Source: Octopus vulgaris (lineage: Eukaryota). Taken from it: a DNA stretch of 64,000 bases. Numbering within the stretch: the stretch's first letter is position 1; every line of letters starts with the position of its first letter. The notes below the pieces were generated by a model. It did no database searches, was not told the DNA's origin, and saw nothing but the letters and a program-made list of their open reading frames with translations. The stretch spans positions 187,984,001 to 188,048,000 of the forward strand of contig OX597814.1 of the NCBI GenBank assembly GCA_951406725.2. The letters are read 5' to 3'. Made by a program: the position numbers and the translations under genes. Of the stretch, positions 11,387-25,756 are shown piece by piece.

Positions 11387-14300
11387 GTTTCTTGTTTTAA
11401 ATTTTTAAACGGCAAATTTCTGCACTGATGGAACTGGGTGCTAACACGTCACTCTAGCTAAAAGCTTCGAAAGAGGTCAGAGTTGTTAGATCCAAATGGT
11501 GCCTAAACAAATCTCTTGAACGAAATGCTAACTTAACTTTGTTAATCCTGCTTTTAAAATTAAGATTGACTGAAACATTTACAGAACACACTTTCAGAGG
11601 TGCTTGGTTAAATCACTATGCACATGATTTAGGAGTTTGCAATTAACTAAGATGTTGCCAATCCACTGGTAAATCCAAATAGCTTTATGCCACATTTAAG
11701 TGTGTGTGTGTGAATGAATGAATGAGAGAGAAGGAGAGAGTTTTTATTTGCTGTTGCAATGTCACAAATGCACTTAAATTTCTTACTGATTTTTATATTA
11801 TTTCCCTTATATAATAACAATTTAAAGAAAAAAAAAATAGTTATATTATTTGCTTTTGGTTTCAAGATTAGTCCTTTTTGAACTGTTTAGTCACAAAGCA
11901 CTTTAAATTTACTTTCAAATTGCCTTCCTTCACTGCTTTCTGAAATAGTTTAAAAAAAAAAAATGTACATGTTTATATTTTTGGTTGCTGTCCTGGTGAG
12001 TTCTGCTTTGAATAAACCTGTTGAATGGAGTTAGATAACCAAATCAAAATCTTTGTTGGGATTTCTAGCCATAATTATCCCATCTTTGTCTGGTATACTT
12101 TTTTCAAGATTTAAGTAATTAGAGAATGAAATTTAAACTATGAAAGTAGTTTCTTCAGAGAAGTTTAGTTTGTTATACTGAGCATATTGAGTAGTTATGC
12201 AGATGTTGTTCACTTGCTGCTGTTGTTGTTCTTCTTCCAATCAGGTCTCACATCATTAGCCACAAAGAATAATCTCTAATTCAAGCTTACTCTAAGCTAC
12301 TAAGAATGTGTGTGGCAACTTAAAGATCCACTCACCACATGCAATAGACTGCTGGTTGCAACGATGCGAAAGCTACGTTGTTATCCTCATTCCGTAAACA
12401 GTGGCTTTTAACGGGTAGACAGCTGAACCATCCTTGGGTTCAGAGGATTTGCAATCTAGACTAGGGTCTGAAAGTTTACCCCACCATAATGGGTTACACC
12501 ATGGTTCCTCTGCTTTGTGGCAGAAGTAGGAAGAAAGAGTGAGAGAAAGTTGTGGTGAAAGAGTACAGCAGGGTTCATGGAGCTTAGGTGTTTTTACTCA
12601 ATAAACACTCACAATGCCTGGTCTGGGAATTGAAACCACATTCTTACAACCGCAAGTCTGCTGCCCTAACCACTGGGCCATTGCGTCTCCACTGCTGTTG
12701 TTATTGCTGTTTAACCTCATGTCAGCTCTGGTCATGCATATTAAGAGTGACTATTCCATCTTCATAAACATATTTTATCTCAAGCTACACTATCATACAT
12801 GTTCTTTTTTGATAGTTGGCAGAGTGTGTTTGGGGGATTTGGTTGCTATTTTTAGCATGTCAAGCGACCAGAGAGACATTCACTTATTGTTGTGTCATGT
12901 AGCACTATTGAATAAAAATTATATCTTTATTCTTTGAAGCTTTAGCTTAAGATGTTTAGCCTGTAAGGGCCTCCTAGAAAGCTTTCAAAATTGTATTGAA
13001 CACGGAAAAATATGGAAATTTGAACTTAGTAATAACTACATAACTGTAACTTTTAGATGAACTTTTAGTAGAAAAGTATTAGTAGCATCATGTTAATAAG
13101 TTTTTTTTTTTGTGTTACTGTTCATATTATGTTTTGATCTATATTTTCTGATTATATTTAAATGACATATTTCTATATCTATACATATCGTATAGACATA
13201 AGTAGTAATGTTGATATCCACTGTCAAACATAAAGGTTTGCAAGTTGAATATCCCTAGCCTAAGGATATATTTGTAAAAATATTGTACCTAAAGATGATT
13301 GCAGACCAAGTAATAGTATATGTAGTCAAAGCAATGAAGAATTCCTTCTACTCTAATAGCAATTTTTCTCGATGTTTTAAGATATTTTCTTGTAATTAGA
13401 TAAATATACTTAAAGATCCTTTCTGAAAAACTATTTCAGCAGTTATATATTGCCAGGTGTTAAATAAATTTTAGGATGTGTGTGAGGCATTAAGAGAGAG
13501 CAAAGAGAGCCCCTATTACCTTAGGGGGTAATAGAGCCCCTATTGGTTAAAGTCTGTTTGTATGTTTGTGTGTGTGCATGCGTGTGTTTGTTAGTGTGTG
13601 AGATGGAGAAAGATAGTGTAACTACTATTGGTTGAATGTTTGGTATGCTATTAGGTTATGTGTTAGCACAAGGTAAATTAACTCTTTTTTGTTTTGTAGC
13701 TGAAAATAGCTACTATTCCCACATCACAGCTGAGGATCTGCTCTCACAATTCATGCACATTTTATTTTCAGAATAAGCACTGCTTTTGGCATCATAGAGA
13801 AAATAGTTATAAAACACTATTTACTGTGTTGCACTTGTCAAATGGTGTTGATATATAAAAACCGGTAATTCACAAATTGGGAAATAGTTGTCCTCACCAC
13901 TAAAATGACAGTTGTTAAGTCAATGGTTAGGAGAAATAAGAGGACACTTAAAAGAAACAAGTCACAGCAAAATATGTGTTAATGCTAATCTCCTAATCCA
14001 TTTCTTGTTAAAAAAAGATTAGAGTGCAGGATCAATGTTAGGATATTTATGATGTTTTCAAATCCCTATTGTTTTTTTTTTCCCTTTTTAATTCTTGTAA
14101 TAAAAATTCAAGGAAGAGGTATATAATTTGTACTGGTTGACTTTAGATTAAAAACAAAAATGTATTGTTATTGCTTTGGCACTTGCTTAGATTAATAATT
14201 TGTTTGAAAAAAAAATGCTATAGATATGCTGTATTTGTACTGCTGTTTGGTTAGTTTTTGCATCTGTAGCCAAAGTGATTTTGGTGTTACCACACATACA

Positions 14301-14403
14301 CAAACATTCAGACATGTATATCCATACACATATGTGTGTTTTACATAGGTGTATGCTTGTAAATGTATCTTTTACAACTTTATTTTTTTTGGTTTCTTTT
14401 CAG

Positions 14404-14553
14404 GCCGTACCGGTTTCTTCTGATTCTACCAACCAAACAGCATCTGGTATGCCAATGCTATTTAACCCCGCATCTTTCCAGAAACAGTCTCAGCCCACAG
14501 CAGCAACTGGTGCTGGCTCTCGGTTGTCACAGCGTCGGATTTATCCAAAATAA
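14404..14553 (+). CDS. SEC16: Terminal coding exon of SEC16-like gene (AVPVSS...GMPMLFNPASF...GSRLSQRRIYPK*)
   Basis: Strong polypyrimidine acceptor ending cag at 14403; phase 0; resembles the SEC16A C-terminus (MPFYNPAQL...SRLGRIGQRK); TAA at 14551-14553. Confidence 0.85.
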   Translation, partial: AVPVSSDSTNQTASGMPMLFNPASFQKQSQPTAATGAGSRLSQRRIYPK

Positions 14554-14907
14554 TGATGGCTAACAGATAATTACAGCAGAAACCAAAACAAGACCCAAAT
14601 CTGTTCAATGGATATGGAAGTAACGGCAATTACTCTCACGAGGAATAATGGATTCCTTGCACACATACTTCAGTGAATACATTTTTGATTCGGTCACTGA
14701 AAAATCCTCATGTTAATGAACTGAAATGAAAGCCAAATATACACATGCATAAATTCGGAACCCTTCCCCCACCCCACCACTAAACCTGTCTAAAAATGAT
14801 TTTAATGTGTGTGTTTGTATGTATGTATGTGTGTGTGTGTGTATATATATAAAAATAAAAATATATTTATGTATCTGTGTGAATGTATGTGTGTATATAT
14901 GTGTATG

Positions 14908-14939
<32 letters not shown>

Positions 14940-15269
14940 TACATACATACACATACACTCATACGTATATATATGCTTGTATATGTATGTGTGTGTATAA
15001 ATATGTATGTGTGCATATATATATATATGAATGTATATATGTATGATATAGATGTATATATGTTTGTATTCAAGGGTGTGTGTGTGTGTGTGTAAACATA
15101 TACATATACACACACATGCACACATGTACACATATATATGTACACAAACACACGCACACACACATACATATATATATATTAATATGTATACACATATAAA
15201 CAATATTTTATGAAAATATTTTGTATTCTATTGCTTAATTATGTATACTAATTAATATTATCTCAACTG

Positions 15270-15300
<31 letters not shown>

Positions 15301-16425
15301 TGCACACACACTTGGCTGGGCATACACAGACACACACACATGCATACACATCAATATCAAGGAATGTTGTGTAGCAAATGAAGGAGAGTGTGTTAAAATA
15401 CAGATTCTGCTCACCGGTGTTGGGCATGGCAATTCGTTGTCTGTTTTTGAGTGTCACTGGCAGAATGTGATATTACTATTGTATTTAATGATGTAATCCT
15501 GAGTGCACACACACATATACACATGCACATGTACACCACATCCATATAGAGGGATACACACAAGCACACACACACACGTTAGTGTATTTTGGCTGCAACT
15601 TTCATACATCTGCTATTGAAAAGACAACAATAGTTGACAAGTTAAATATTGAACTTTTTCAAAACTCTGATATTCTTTTTGCTTTTAGATTCCAAAAAAA
15701 ATAAAAAAATAAAAAAAAAGTATGGCTTTCAAACTGGAAATGTTTCTAAATTTCTAAGAGTTTTTTTTTTTTTTTTTGTTTTATTCTTAACCTGTTGTTC
15801 TAGAATTAAGCAAAAGTTCTACGCAACAGAAGTGAAAAGCTAAAGCCGGAAATGACTGCATATGGTTGTATATGCCATGTTCTGATGTGTTGTGAACAAT
15901 ATGTTTTGTTAAAAAACCATTGTGTCTTGGAGCCTCATGGCATGTATGCAGAGGGAGACAATTATTAATTTAAAGGCAGTCAGTGTTCATTATTGCCAAT
16001 TGTTTGGCTGAAGTTTTAAAACTTTGGAGGATGACTCTAACAACCGTCATTAGTTTTGAAACCTGATCAGGAAAGCCTCATACTATGTATCTGAATCAAG
16101 ACTTGTGTCCGACTATTGGAAAAACTCAATATTTAATTTGCCAACCAGATCTATAGTTGTTTATTTTTTTTTTCCAACACTACACACATACACACACACA
16201 CACACACACAAACATATACATACACATATAAATATATATATTTATTCACATCCTCCTGTTGTAGTCGTGTCTATAGTCTGAGGTTAAAAACAAATTCTCC
16301 TCGTGATTGTCATGCACTTCCTACAACATTTTACTAATAATGTATAAAAGAATCTTCATAAAGATGAAACCCAATCAATTCTGTATAAAAAATTCCAATA
16401 AATGTAATTGTAAAAATATTGTTGG
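14554..16425 (+). other. Probable 3' UTR of SEC16-like gene
   Basis: SINE-free stretch after the stop codon; AATAAA at 16397-16402 followed by GT-rich sequence; SINEs resume just downstream. Confidence 0.55.
16397..16402 (+). terminator. Candidate polyadenylation signal
   Basis: AATAAA with downstream tgtgttgtttattg element. Confidence 0.5.
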
Positions 16426-17211
16426 AAGATGTTTGATGATACTGTGTTGTTTATTGATTTTTATGAACATTGTTAATATTATGTAATGTTGTCCAACCCA
16501 TGCTCACATGGAAAGCGGACGTTAAACGATGATGATGATGTTATCCAGGTTAGCAAAAGTTTTTTAATCTGTTATGATAAACTTCTTTAAAGATGGCATG
16601 TAATAGCGACTAATTTTAAGTATTATTTCTTGTAATTTTAAACATCAAAGTTTGAAACATTATTATTGTTGAACTTTTATTGACATAATAAATAAAAATA
16701 AATGCGTCCTTTTAAAGCCTAGCCAGGTTCATAGGCCCGCTTTCTCAGTTCAATGGCGTATGTGTTTCTCAGCTGGACGGGACGCTAGTCCATCGCAGCG
16801 TTACTCATTTTTGCAAGCTGAGTGGACTGGAGCAACGTGAAATGAAGTGTTTTGCTCAAGAACAGAACGTGTCGCCCGGTTCAGGAATTGAAATCACAAT
16901 CTTACGATCATGATGCTGACACCCTAACCAAGCCACGCGCCTCCACTTTATTAACATAGAAGTTTAACTCTAGCACTTTTTGACTGGGTACTCAGTATTA
17001 CTTGGGTAGGAATAGTTAATTGGATTAATATATACTGTATTGGCCAGTGTATAAGATGCTCTTTTACATAAGGCAAAAAGCATATTTTGTGGAAAAAAAT
17101 AAATTTAATATATTTCATTATACACTCATATGCTCAGTATCCCATCTGTAGTATGGTCACATTAGAGGCTTGCAATTTTTGATAAACTAGTATATATGGT
17201 GTGTTTGTGTA

Positions 17212-17268
<57 letters not shown>

Positions 17269-17546
17269 ATACATTTATATACATACACGTGTGTGTATTT
17301 ATTTATTTAATAGGTTGACTTAGCTCATTAAAGTTTCATGTATGTGGTAGGACATTCATTTCCTTGAACATTTTGAATGAAAAACAAGATGGTCTCTTTA
17401 TTATGGAGATAACTTAAACATCAGTGGTCAGTTTGTATTATAATTGATATAGTAATAACTCAGTGGCAGCATATGTTAAAGCATTGATACATAGTAGTTG
17501 GATGTCAGTGATTAAAACAGGGTGGCAAGAAATGGCTTATGTATTA

Positions 17547-17940
17547 AGGCGGCGAGCTGGCAGAAACGTTAGCACACCGGACGAAATGCGGAGCCGTATT
17601 TCGTCTGCCGTTACATTCTGAGTTCAAATTCCGCCAAGGTCGACTTTGCCTGTCATCCTTTCGGGGTCGATTAAATAAGTACCAGTTACGCACTGGGGTC
17701 GATGTAATCGACTTAATCCCTTTGTCCTTGTTTGTCCCCTCTATGTTTAGCCCATTGTGGGCAATAAGAAACGTTCTGAGTTCAAATTCTGCCGAGGTCG
17801 ACTTTGCCTTTCATCCTTTCGGGGTCGATTAAATCAGTACTAGTTACGCACTGGGGTCGATATAATCGACTTAATCCATTTGTCTGTCCTTGTTTGTCCC
17901 CTCTGTGTGTAGCCCCTTGTGGGCAGTAAAGAAATAAGAA
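17547..17940 (+). mobile_element. tRNA-derived SINE family 2, tandem partial dimer with long TSD
   Basis: B-box gagttcaaattcc; central gcctttcatcctttcggggtcgat..aagtacc domain; flanking direct repeat aagaaatggcttatgtatt. Confidence 0.9.
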
Positions 17941-19810
17941 ATGGCTTATGTATTGCAAAGAGAGAGAGAGAGAGAGTTAAACGTCTGATGATCAGTTATG
18001 GTTACATGGATATAGTGATAACTTAGTAACAACAGATAGTAGGTGAAGTCACAGCATGTTAAAGCAGACTGCATGTTAAACTCAGTCACCAGAGTGTTTG
18101 GTGCAGATGTGTATGGTATGTCTACTGGGTCATTGAGTTGCAGGAACGGTGGACAGTAATCTCTGTGGGCAGCATGCAAATAACGACCCAGTCGAGGGTA
18201 GAATATTGGGATTGCTGGGGGTCATTAGTTCAAAATACATTAAAAATGCATTGTGATAATATGAAATATCTGTCTTTTTATTAATGGTTACTGTAAGCTT
18301 GTTGGAATATGTGCAGTTTTTCATGGAGAAAGGGTTGGCTGTTGTGAGCTCCAGCCACGTAAGGTGAGACCTCATCGAGTATACTCCATTTGATGCTGAG
18401 TAAGGTGTTATTGGGATTGTGGAGACTCCTGATGAAGCGGGACATCAAAGTGGAGTTTTACTTGTCCCTATATCTGAAGCAATGCATAGGCCACCATACC
18501 CATATAGTGTAATACCATTACCACCGGGTGGTGTAAGTAAGGCCATATAGACACACAGCTTTCAAGGGGGAGGATCTAATCAGTGAACACTTGGTAGGAT
18601 TTTGACAGTTGCAGATATGAGTGTGGGATGGAGAGTGTGTACTTACTTGTACTTGTGGCGACATTCACCCTGGGTGGGTTGAGTCGGCTTCTTCCACCAC
18701 CCTCGAGGCATTGTATTCGCCATTGAGAATTCATGGAAGAAGTTTCGTGGGAATATGTGGATTTGACAAGCGGTCTCCAACAATCCCGCATGTAGAGACA
18801 TCCTGTTTGCCGCAGATTATCCGCAGACACAGGGGCAGAAAGACCGAGGAGCCGCCGGTTGCCGAAACAAACACTCTGAGGATTTTCACCAGAGCCCCAT
18901 TTGCCGGGTTGTGGCCCTAATATTACTCGGTGTCAGACCAATCCGCCTTGGAACCGAAGTTGCTGACTTTAGTATTACGGGAATTAAAAAACTTATGGTT
19001 TTTATGGGTTCTATGGAACAGTTGATTTACATTGTTTTATAATAGATTTAAACATTGGGAGAAGATGATACCTGTTTTGAGGAGAATACTTTTGATAAAA
19101 CTAACTACAGTATGTGACGTATTTTATTACCCTTGGAGAGATGAAAGAGATAAATGTTTGCAGCCACATTTTAATTAAGATCGTAGAGTAACAAACAAAA
19201 TACCGGCGCTTTATTCTGACAGCTGCTATCCTGAGTTTTGTAACCAATGTTATAATTAAGAATTATTTATTATTCGTCATACCTATGCATATTTGTCATA
19301 CCTGTATGCATCACTTTTAATTTTAGCTTTATAATGAAGGCGCAGGAGTGGCTGTGTGTTAAGTAGCTTGCTTACCAACTACATGGTTCGGGTTCAGTCC
19401 CACTGCGTGGCACCTTGGGCAAGTGTCTTCTACTATAGCCTCGGGCCGACCAAAGAGAATGATAGAATAAGTACTGGGGTCGATTTGCTCGATTAAAGGT
19501 GGTGCTCCAGCATGGCCGCAGTCAAATGACTGAAACAGGTAAAAGGGTAAAGAGTAAATGGTAATGAAAATATAACTCCCCTACTACTGTCAGTCACACA
19601 GACGTATAACGCACAGCTGTCAATTTTTTTGAATTGAGCAGTGTAAGGGCCTTATATTGTTTTTCTTTTTTGAGCATATATTTCCAGTTTTTTTGCATGC
19701 TGAAACTTGATTTGGTTGACCAAAGATTTGTGAGTGAAATTTGAAAAAACTAAGATTTTTGTCTGAATTTCAGAATAGAGGTATTATCACCATCATATAT
19801 TAATATATTG

Positions 19811-20148
19811 TGAAGGCGCATGGCTCAGTGGTTAGAGCGTCGAGCTTACGATCGTGAGGTTGTGAGCTCGAATCCCGGACCGGGCTGCGTGTTGCGTTCT
19901 TGAGCAAGGCACTTTATTTCACGTTGCTCCAGTTCACTCAGCTGTAGAAATGAGCTGTGACGTCATGGGTGCCAAGCTGTATCGACCTTTGTCTTTCCCT
20001 TGGATAACACTGGTGGTGTGGAGAGGGGAGGCTGGTATGCATGGGCGACTACTGATCTTCCATAAACAACCTCGCCCGGACTTGTGTCTAGGAGGGTAAC
20101 TTTCTAGGTGCAATCCCATGGTCTGTGTCGTGACCGAAGGGGGTCTCC
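19811..20148 (+). mobile_element. tRNA-derived SINE family 4
   Basis: tggctcagtggttagagc A-box, gagctcgaatccc B-box; TSD atattaatatatt; relatives on - at about 16700-16946 and 27147-27387. Confidence 0.85.
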
Positions 20149-20579
20149 GATATTAATATATTCAACAAGTGTCCTCATCTTTGTTGTTGTAGTCAACGTC
20201 TCGGCCGTTGTACTCTTTGGTCTTCTTTAGTTGCCTGTCGCATTCGGTAACATTCTCGAAATTTGGAACCGAACCTTTTATTAAATCCACGAGGATAGAT
20301 TATTCTCATTCCATTCTCTGTATCAGAGGTTACTCCTTTTATTTTTCTATTATTTTCCTATTTGTGATGTAGAGACAAGCTTTAGAGAAGGCCAAGCTTC
20401 TCAAATTGTACATAAGAAGAGGGAGGAAAAAAACGCATATCAAAAACTGCAGAGTGATACCAATATCACAATACTACCAACGAGGACAAAGCTTCAATGC
20501 TGTGCTTAAACTGGAATACTCAAATTGATATGTCTAGCTGGGGACGGTAGATACAGCAAGTTTAAGAAAGATCCAACCT

Positions 20580-21178
20580 TATTTATTTATTGCCCACAAG
20601 GGGCTAAACATAGAGGGGACAAACAAGGATAAATGGATTAAGTCGATTACATTGACCCCAATGCGCAACTGGTACTTAATTTATCGATCTCAAAAGGATG
20701 AAAGATGAAAGGCAAAGTCGACCTCGGCGGAATTTGAACTCAGAACGTAACGGCAGACAAAATACCTATTTCTTTACTACCCACAAGGGACTAAACACAG
20801 GGAGGACAAACAAGGACAGACAAAGGGATTAAGTCGATTACATTGACCACAGTGCGTAACTGGTACTTATTTAATCGACCCCGAAAGGATGAAAGGCAAA
20901 GTCGACCTCGGCGGAATTTGAACTCACAACGTAACGGCAGACAAAATACCTATTTCTTTACTACCCACAAGGGGCTAAACACAGGTGGGGGGGACAAACA
21001 AGGACAGACAAACGGATTAAGTCGATTATATCGACCACAGTGCGTAACTGGTACATATTTAATCGACCCCGAAAGGATGAAAGGTAAAGTCGACCTCGGC
21101 GGAATTTGAACTCAGAACGTAACGGCAGACGAAATGCCGCTAAGCATTTCGCTCGGCGTGCTAACGTTTCTGCCAGCT
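20580..21178 (-). mobile_element. SINE family 2 tandem trimer
   Basis: Three repeats of the SINE 3' portion; flanked by gatccaac direct repeat. Confidence 0.9.
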
Positions 21179-21549
21179 TTATTATGATCCAACTATAATA
21201 AATGAAAGAAAGCTGTCACACATTCCTGGAAAAAGTATTCCACTGAGACCTAAAGTTATTTGTCGGGTTGTAACATCATTCGCTGAGTAGATTCTTTACA
21301 AATACAATCAAGCCACTAACAGGTAAGTCTCGATCTTAAAATAAAGTTCTGTCTGCTTCGTGGATATAATTGAAGATGCTCCCGTTCATAGTAAACGAAT
21401 GGGAAATTTGTACGCGGTAACGCCATCGACGTTATTACAGACAATGGTTAGAGATCAAATGAAATCTGATTCTTCAATTGGAGGAAAATATCAGTAAAAA
21501 AGATAGAGAGCCTGTTGATATTCTGTGTACAAACAATATACTTCCAATT

Positions 21550-21997
21550 GAAGGCGGCGAGCTGGCAGACACGTTAGCACGCCGGGCGAAATGCTTTGCG
21601 GTATTTCGTCTGCCGCTACGTTCTGAGTTCAAATTCCGCCGAGGTTGACTTTGCCTTTCATCCTTTCGGGGTCGATTAAATAAGTACCAGTTACGCACTG
21701 GGGTCATTATAATCGACTTAATCCGTTTGTCTGTCTTTGTTTGTCTTCTCTGTGTTTAGCCCTTGTGGGTAATAAAGAAATAAGAATTGTTAGCACGCCG
21801 GGCGAAATGCTTTGCGGTATTTCGTCTGCCGCTACGTTCTGAGTTCAAATTCCGCCGAGGTTAACTTTGCCTTTCATCCTTTCGGGATCGATAAATTAAG
21901 TACCAGTTGCGCAGTGGGGTCAATATAATCGACTTAATCCGTTTGTCTGTCCTTGTTTGTCCCTTCTGTGTGTAGCCCCTTGTGGGTAGTTAAGAAA
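21550..21997 (+). mobile_element. SINE family 2 dimer
   Basis: TSD aatatactt(c/t)caatt; other arrays or copies at about 23291, 31250(-), 37215(-), 38676, 43108(-), 45655(-). Confidence 0.9.
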
Positions 21998-23176
21998 TAT
22001 ACTTTCAATTGTAGTTTGATCTATATCATTCAGTAAGAAAGTTTAGCTATGAGTTTAGCAATGGCAAACACAAGGAATATTTTGAGAAATGACCTTGAAA
22101 TATGGTCACTTAAGCCTACCATGTGGCTGAGGTTTGTGGATGGTTCTGGCTTCATTAGGAAGAAATACAAGTGCTGCCGGGCAATATTGATTCAATAAGA
22201 CCTTTAATACAGTTTGCGACTGAAAAAAAAAAAGGGCAATAAACCGGCCTTCTTGAATATGCTAATAACTTGTAGATTATGAATTCATTAGATCCGTATA
22301 TTGGAAACCCACTTGTTTCAGACAATGATTGATCTTTGATTACAACCATTCATACAGTGTGAAGAAAGGGATTATTCGTGGACAAAAACATAGAAGAAAA
22401 TTCAATAAGTGGTGACTGAAATACACACCAGCAGGAGATGATCAGAACAAGAAAAAACCCTTCACAGTTGCAACTACTCTGGAAGTATTGCCTTAAATTC
22501 ACAGAACAGAGGTATATGGGTCGATAATGCTGAATCGAAAAACTGTCACAAACAGTATTTCAAAGCAGTGTTCATGTCAACGAATGTATACCCACCCTTC
22601 TTCCTTTGGACTTTCAATTCTTATCCTTTGACGGGTTTTATTTCCTATCCTTTAGGGGCGTGTCTTCTGAACAAAACAAACGTCTACCAAAAGAGATCAC
22701 GTTGAAGAATTGTGAGTATTCTATCTCATGCAGTTCATGCGGAACGAACAAGTGACATCACAAACAAGAGACTAGCTAATAGGAAAATATCTCTGGTATG
22801 GACTACAGAATGAGAATAATTTACTCCTGTGGTATTAATAAAAGGTTCGTTCGAAATTCCGAGAGCATTACTGAATACGACTGGAATCTGAAATAGGGCG
22901 GAGCAAGATTTGATTTATATGTAAGACATTATAAGCGTAAATTTAGGACAGACACCACCCCGCCTCCCGCGACACTCCGACGGGATAATTTGTGTTTCAC
23001 TTAACTTCCCGTACTATGAATTGTCTGCTGTATCCTGATGTGATATTTGGTATGGGGGATCGTTAGTTTCGTTTGGCAGAGACACTGGGTATTCTGTGGT
23101 GGAATTGATACAGTGACTTTTAGAATGTAGAAAACACGAGGTTCAAGTACCGTTAGAAGAGCAACTCTTTCAGTGC

Positions 23177-23219
<43 letters not shown>

Positions 23220-23520
23220 CGTGCGTGCGTGTGCGTGTGTGTGTGTATGTATGTATGTATGTGTGTATGTATGTATGTATGTATGTATGTAAGGCGGCGA
23301 GCTGGCAGAATCGTTAGCACGCCGGGCGAAATGAGTAGCCATATTTCGTCTGCCGTTACGTTCTGAGTTCAAATTCCGCCGAGGTCGACTTTGCCTTTCA
23401 TCCTTTCGGGGTCGATTAAATAAGTACCAGTTACATCATGGGGTCGATGTAATCGACTTAATCCGTTTGTCTGTCCTTGTTTGTCCCCTCTGTGTTTAGC
23501 CCCTTGATGATAGTAAAGAA

Positions 23521-23551
<31 letters not shown>

Positions 23552-23575
23552 TGTATGTATGTATGTATGTATGTA

Positions 23576-23615
<40 letters not shown>

Positions 23616-24020
23616 TGTGTGTGTTCATGTCAACGAATGTATACCCACCCTTCTTCCTTTGAACTTTCAGTTCTTATCATTTGACGGGTTTTATTTCCTA
23701 TCTTTTATTATTTTAACTTATGTTATATATAGCCAGACCCATTTGCAGGTTATAACCCCAGAATTATTCTACTCTCCGTCAGTGTACCCTCATACTACGA
23801 GAGAGTACAACATGCATGGAGAAACTCAGTATATGTAGTAGAATATCTTTTATACCAAACACCCGAGGAGACACAGACTGCACCGATTGATGCAACACAA
23901 CTAGATATGCAATATCCTACCCGAAAGGGACAGCTGCAGGAAGGGTCGAAACAATAGTCGCGTTGAATAAAGATTCGCACCAAATCCATTTCCGTTTCCC
24001 TCATCAATTATCTATTATAT

Positions 24021-24230
24021 AAAATCCGTTCTGTCTGTCTGTGTGTGTGTCTTCTAGGATCTCGGACATCCTCCATCCGATTGCGCTCAAATTTGATATG
24101 TAGATACCGACGGTATCAGGGCGTATATAAGTCTTGAAAAAATTACAAAAATCGTTTCCAGGTGAGAATGCAATCAATAAAGCCGTGGGAACGTGCATTT
24201 GTACGCGCAAGTACACCAGCTGTTGCTCAA
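24021..24230 (+). mobile_element. Helitron-like non-autonomous 5' portion
   Basis: Starts tctattatataaaa with ctgtctgt repeats and ccgattgcgctcaaatttg; Helitron-like 3' end gcaacgccggg...tagt seen at about 49460-49482. Confidence 0.45.
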
Positions 24231-24367
24231 ATTTAGGTTAAATCAGTGTTTCTCAAAGGGGAGGCCTATGGGACGGTCGGACAAGTTGTTCTGAGAAAAT
24301 TTAGTTTAAATGTTTGATAACTCAGTACCGTCCATTGGACGGGGGTGGGGGAGGGAGCGTTTTGCTC

Positions 24368-24403
<36 letters not shown>

Positions 24404-24406
<3 letters not shown>

Positions 24407-24851
24407 CAATAATAATAAAGGGTAAAATTAATTAATCAATTTATAATTAATAATCTTACCAAGTAGTTCGGTATGTTAAAAGAACCATTATCGGTAAACT
24501 TATACAAAAATTATTCTAATTATAAACATAATTATAATTAGGGTTTACCAAAATTGCTTCACCACATACCGAAATTTAGAAATAGCAGTTAAATACTATT
24601 CCTCTACCATAAGATATCTCTCCCAGACAGCAATACTCTCAACTCACGCAGGTTAAGAGAAAAAATAACGAATAGTTAATCAAAGCCGGTCGGATTCGTT
24701 ATTTTTTCTCTTTGCATGTGTGAGTTGAGAGCATTGCTGTCTGAGAGAATTGTAGTAGAATGGTATTTTAACTGCTATTTCTAAATTTCAGTATGTGGTG
24801 AAGCAATTTTGCTAAACCCTAATTATAATTATGTTTATAATTAGAATAATT

Positions 24852-24852
<1 letters not shown>
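24404..24852. repeat. Fold-back element (about 165-bp inverted arms) between (TA)n and (TCTA)n
   Basis: 24508-24674 is the reverse complement of 24694-24852. Confidence 0.9.
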
Positions 24853-24917
<65 letters not shown>

Positions 24918-25098
24918 CATATATGTGTGTGTGTGTGTGTGTGTGTGGTAAGTAGCTTGCTTACGAACCACATGGTTCCGGGTTCAGTCCCACTGCGTTG
25001 CACCTTGGGCAAGTGTCTTCTACTATAGCCTCGGGTCGACCGAAGCCTTGTAAGTGGAATTGGTGGACGGAAACTGAAAGAAGCCCGTCGTATATATG

Positions 25099-25145
<47 letters not shown>

Positions 25146-25240
25146 TGTAACACGTGTCTGTGAATCTTTTCTCTTAGACAAAAACCACACCACCATGCAT
25201 TTGAACGGTGTATATACATTTAGTATGATATATATATGGC

Positions 25241-25293
<53 letters not shown>

Positions 25294-25756
25294 GCAGAAA
25301 AGTATGTATACAAAGTTTGTAATAAGATGTTAAATGACATAAGATAATTGGTGCATACAAACAAAACACAGGTCGAATTTGCGTCTAAACCCCAGCTTTA
25401 AGTGCAAGGAAATGATACCTGCATGAATCAAGATTGGCTCTAGGCAACGGATCGATCGAGCTGGTATATGACGTATAACGGAACAAAAGCAGTCTACGGG
25501 TATCAAGTAATTTTATTGCATATTTATTCTTACATAACATATTGAAGAGAAATGCAAATACATTTCCTTTATGCATATTTGCTTTTCTTTCCAACATATT
25601 ATATAAGAAGTATAAATAGGTTATCAATTGAGGTGATACCTGTTGATTGCCTGTCCTTGCTTTTTTTCGGTTACACATACATACAGGCATACATACCTGC
25701 ATGCATGCATACATAAATGTAAGTCTGTCTTCCACCTCTCTTTCTCTAAATATAAA

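Larger units (their letters stand above)
20440..22750 (+). pseudogene. Decayed Penelope-like element reverse transcriptase (probably with GIY-YIG remnant), split by two SINE arrays
   Basis: Ordered peptide remnants KLQSDTNITILP, YSKFKKDPT, FCVQTIYFQ, LKPTMWLRFVDG (RYVDD equivalent), NSIRPLIQFATEK, AFLNML, VYWKPT, YSISCS; many frameshifts. Confidence 0.75.

Noticed and set aside
14713-15457. Many ORFs rich in YI/HT/CV dipeptides here and throughout the window
   Set aside because: Translations of (TA)n, (CA)n and (TCTA)n microsatellites
19812-19885. tRNA-like sequence (also at about 50310 and 7340)
   Set aside because: These are SINE heads continuing into SINE bodies, not stand-alone tRNA genes
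20843-21109. Recurrent short ORFs such as RNWYLFNRPRKDERQSRPRRNLNS and RRASFSFRLPNPLTRLWS
   Set aside because: Chance translations of SINE families 1 and 2
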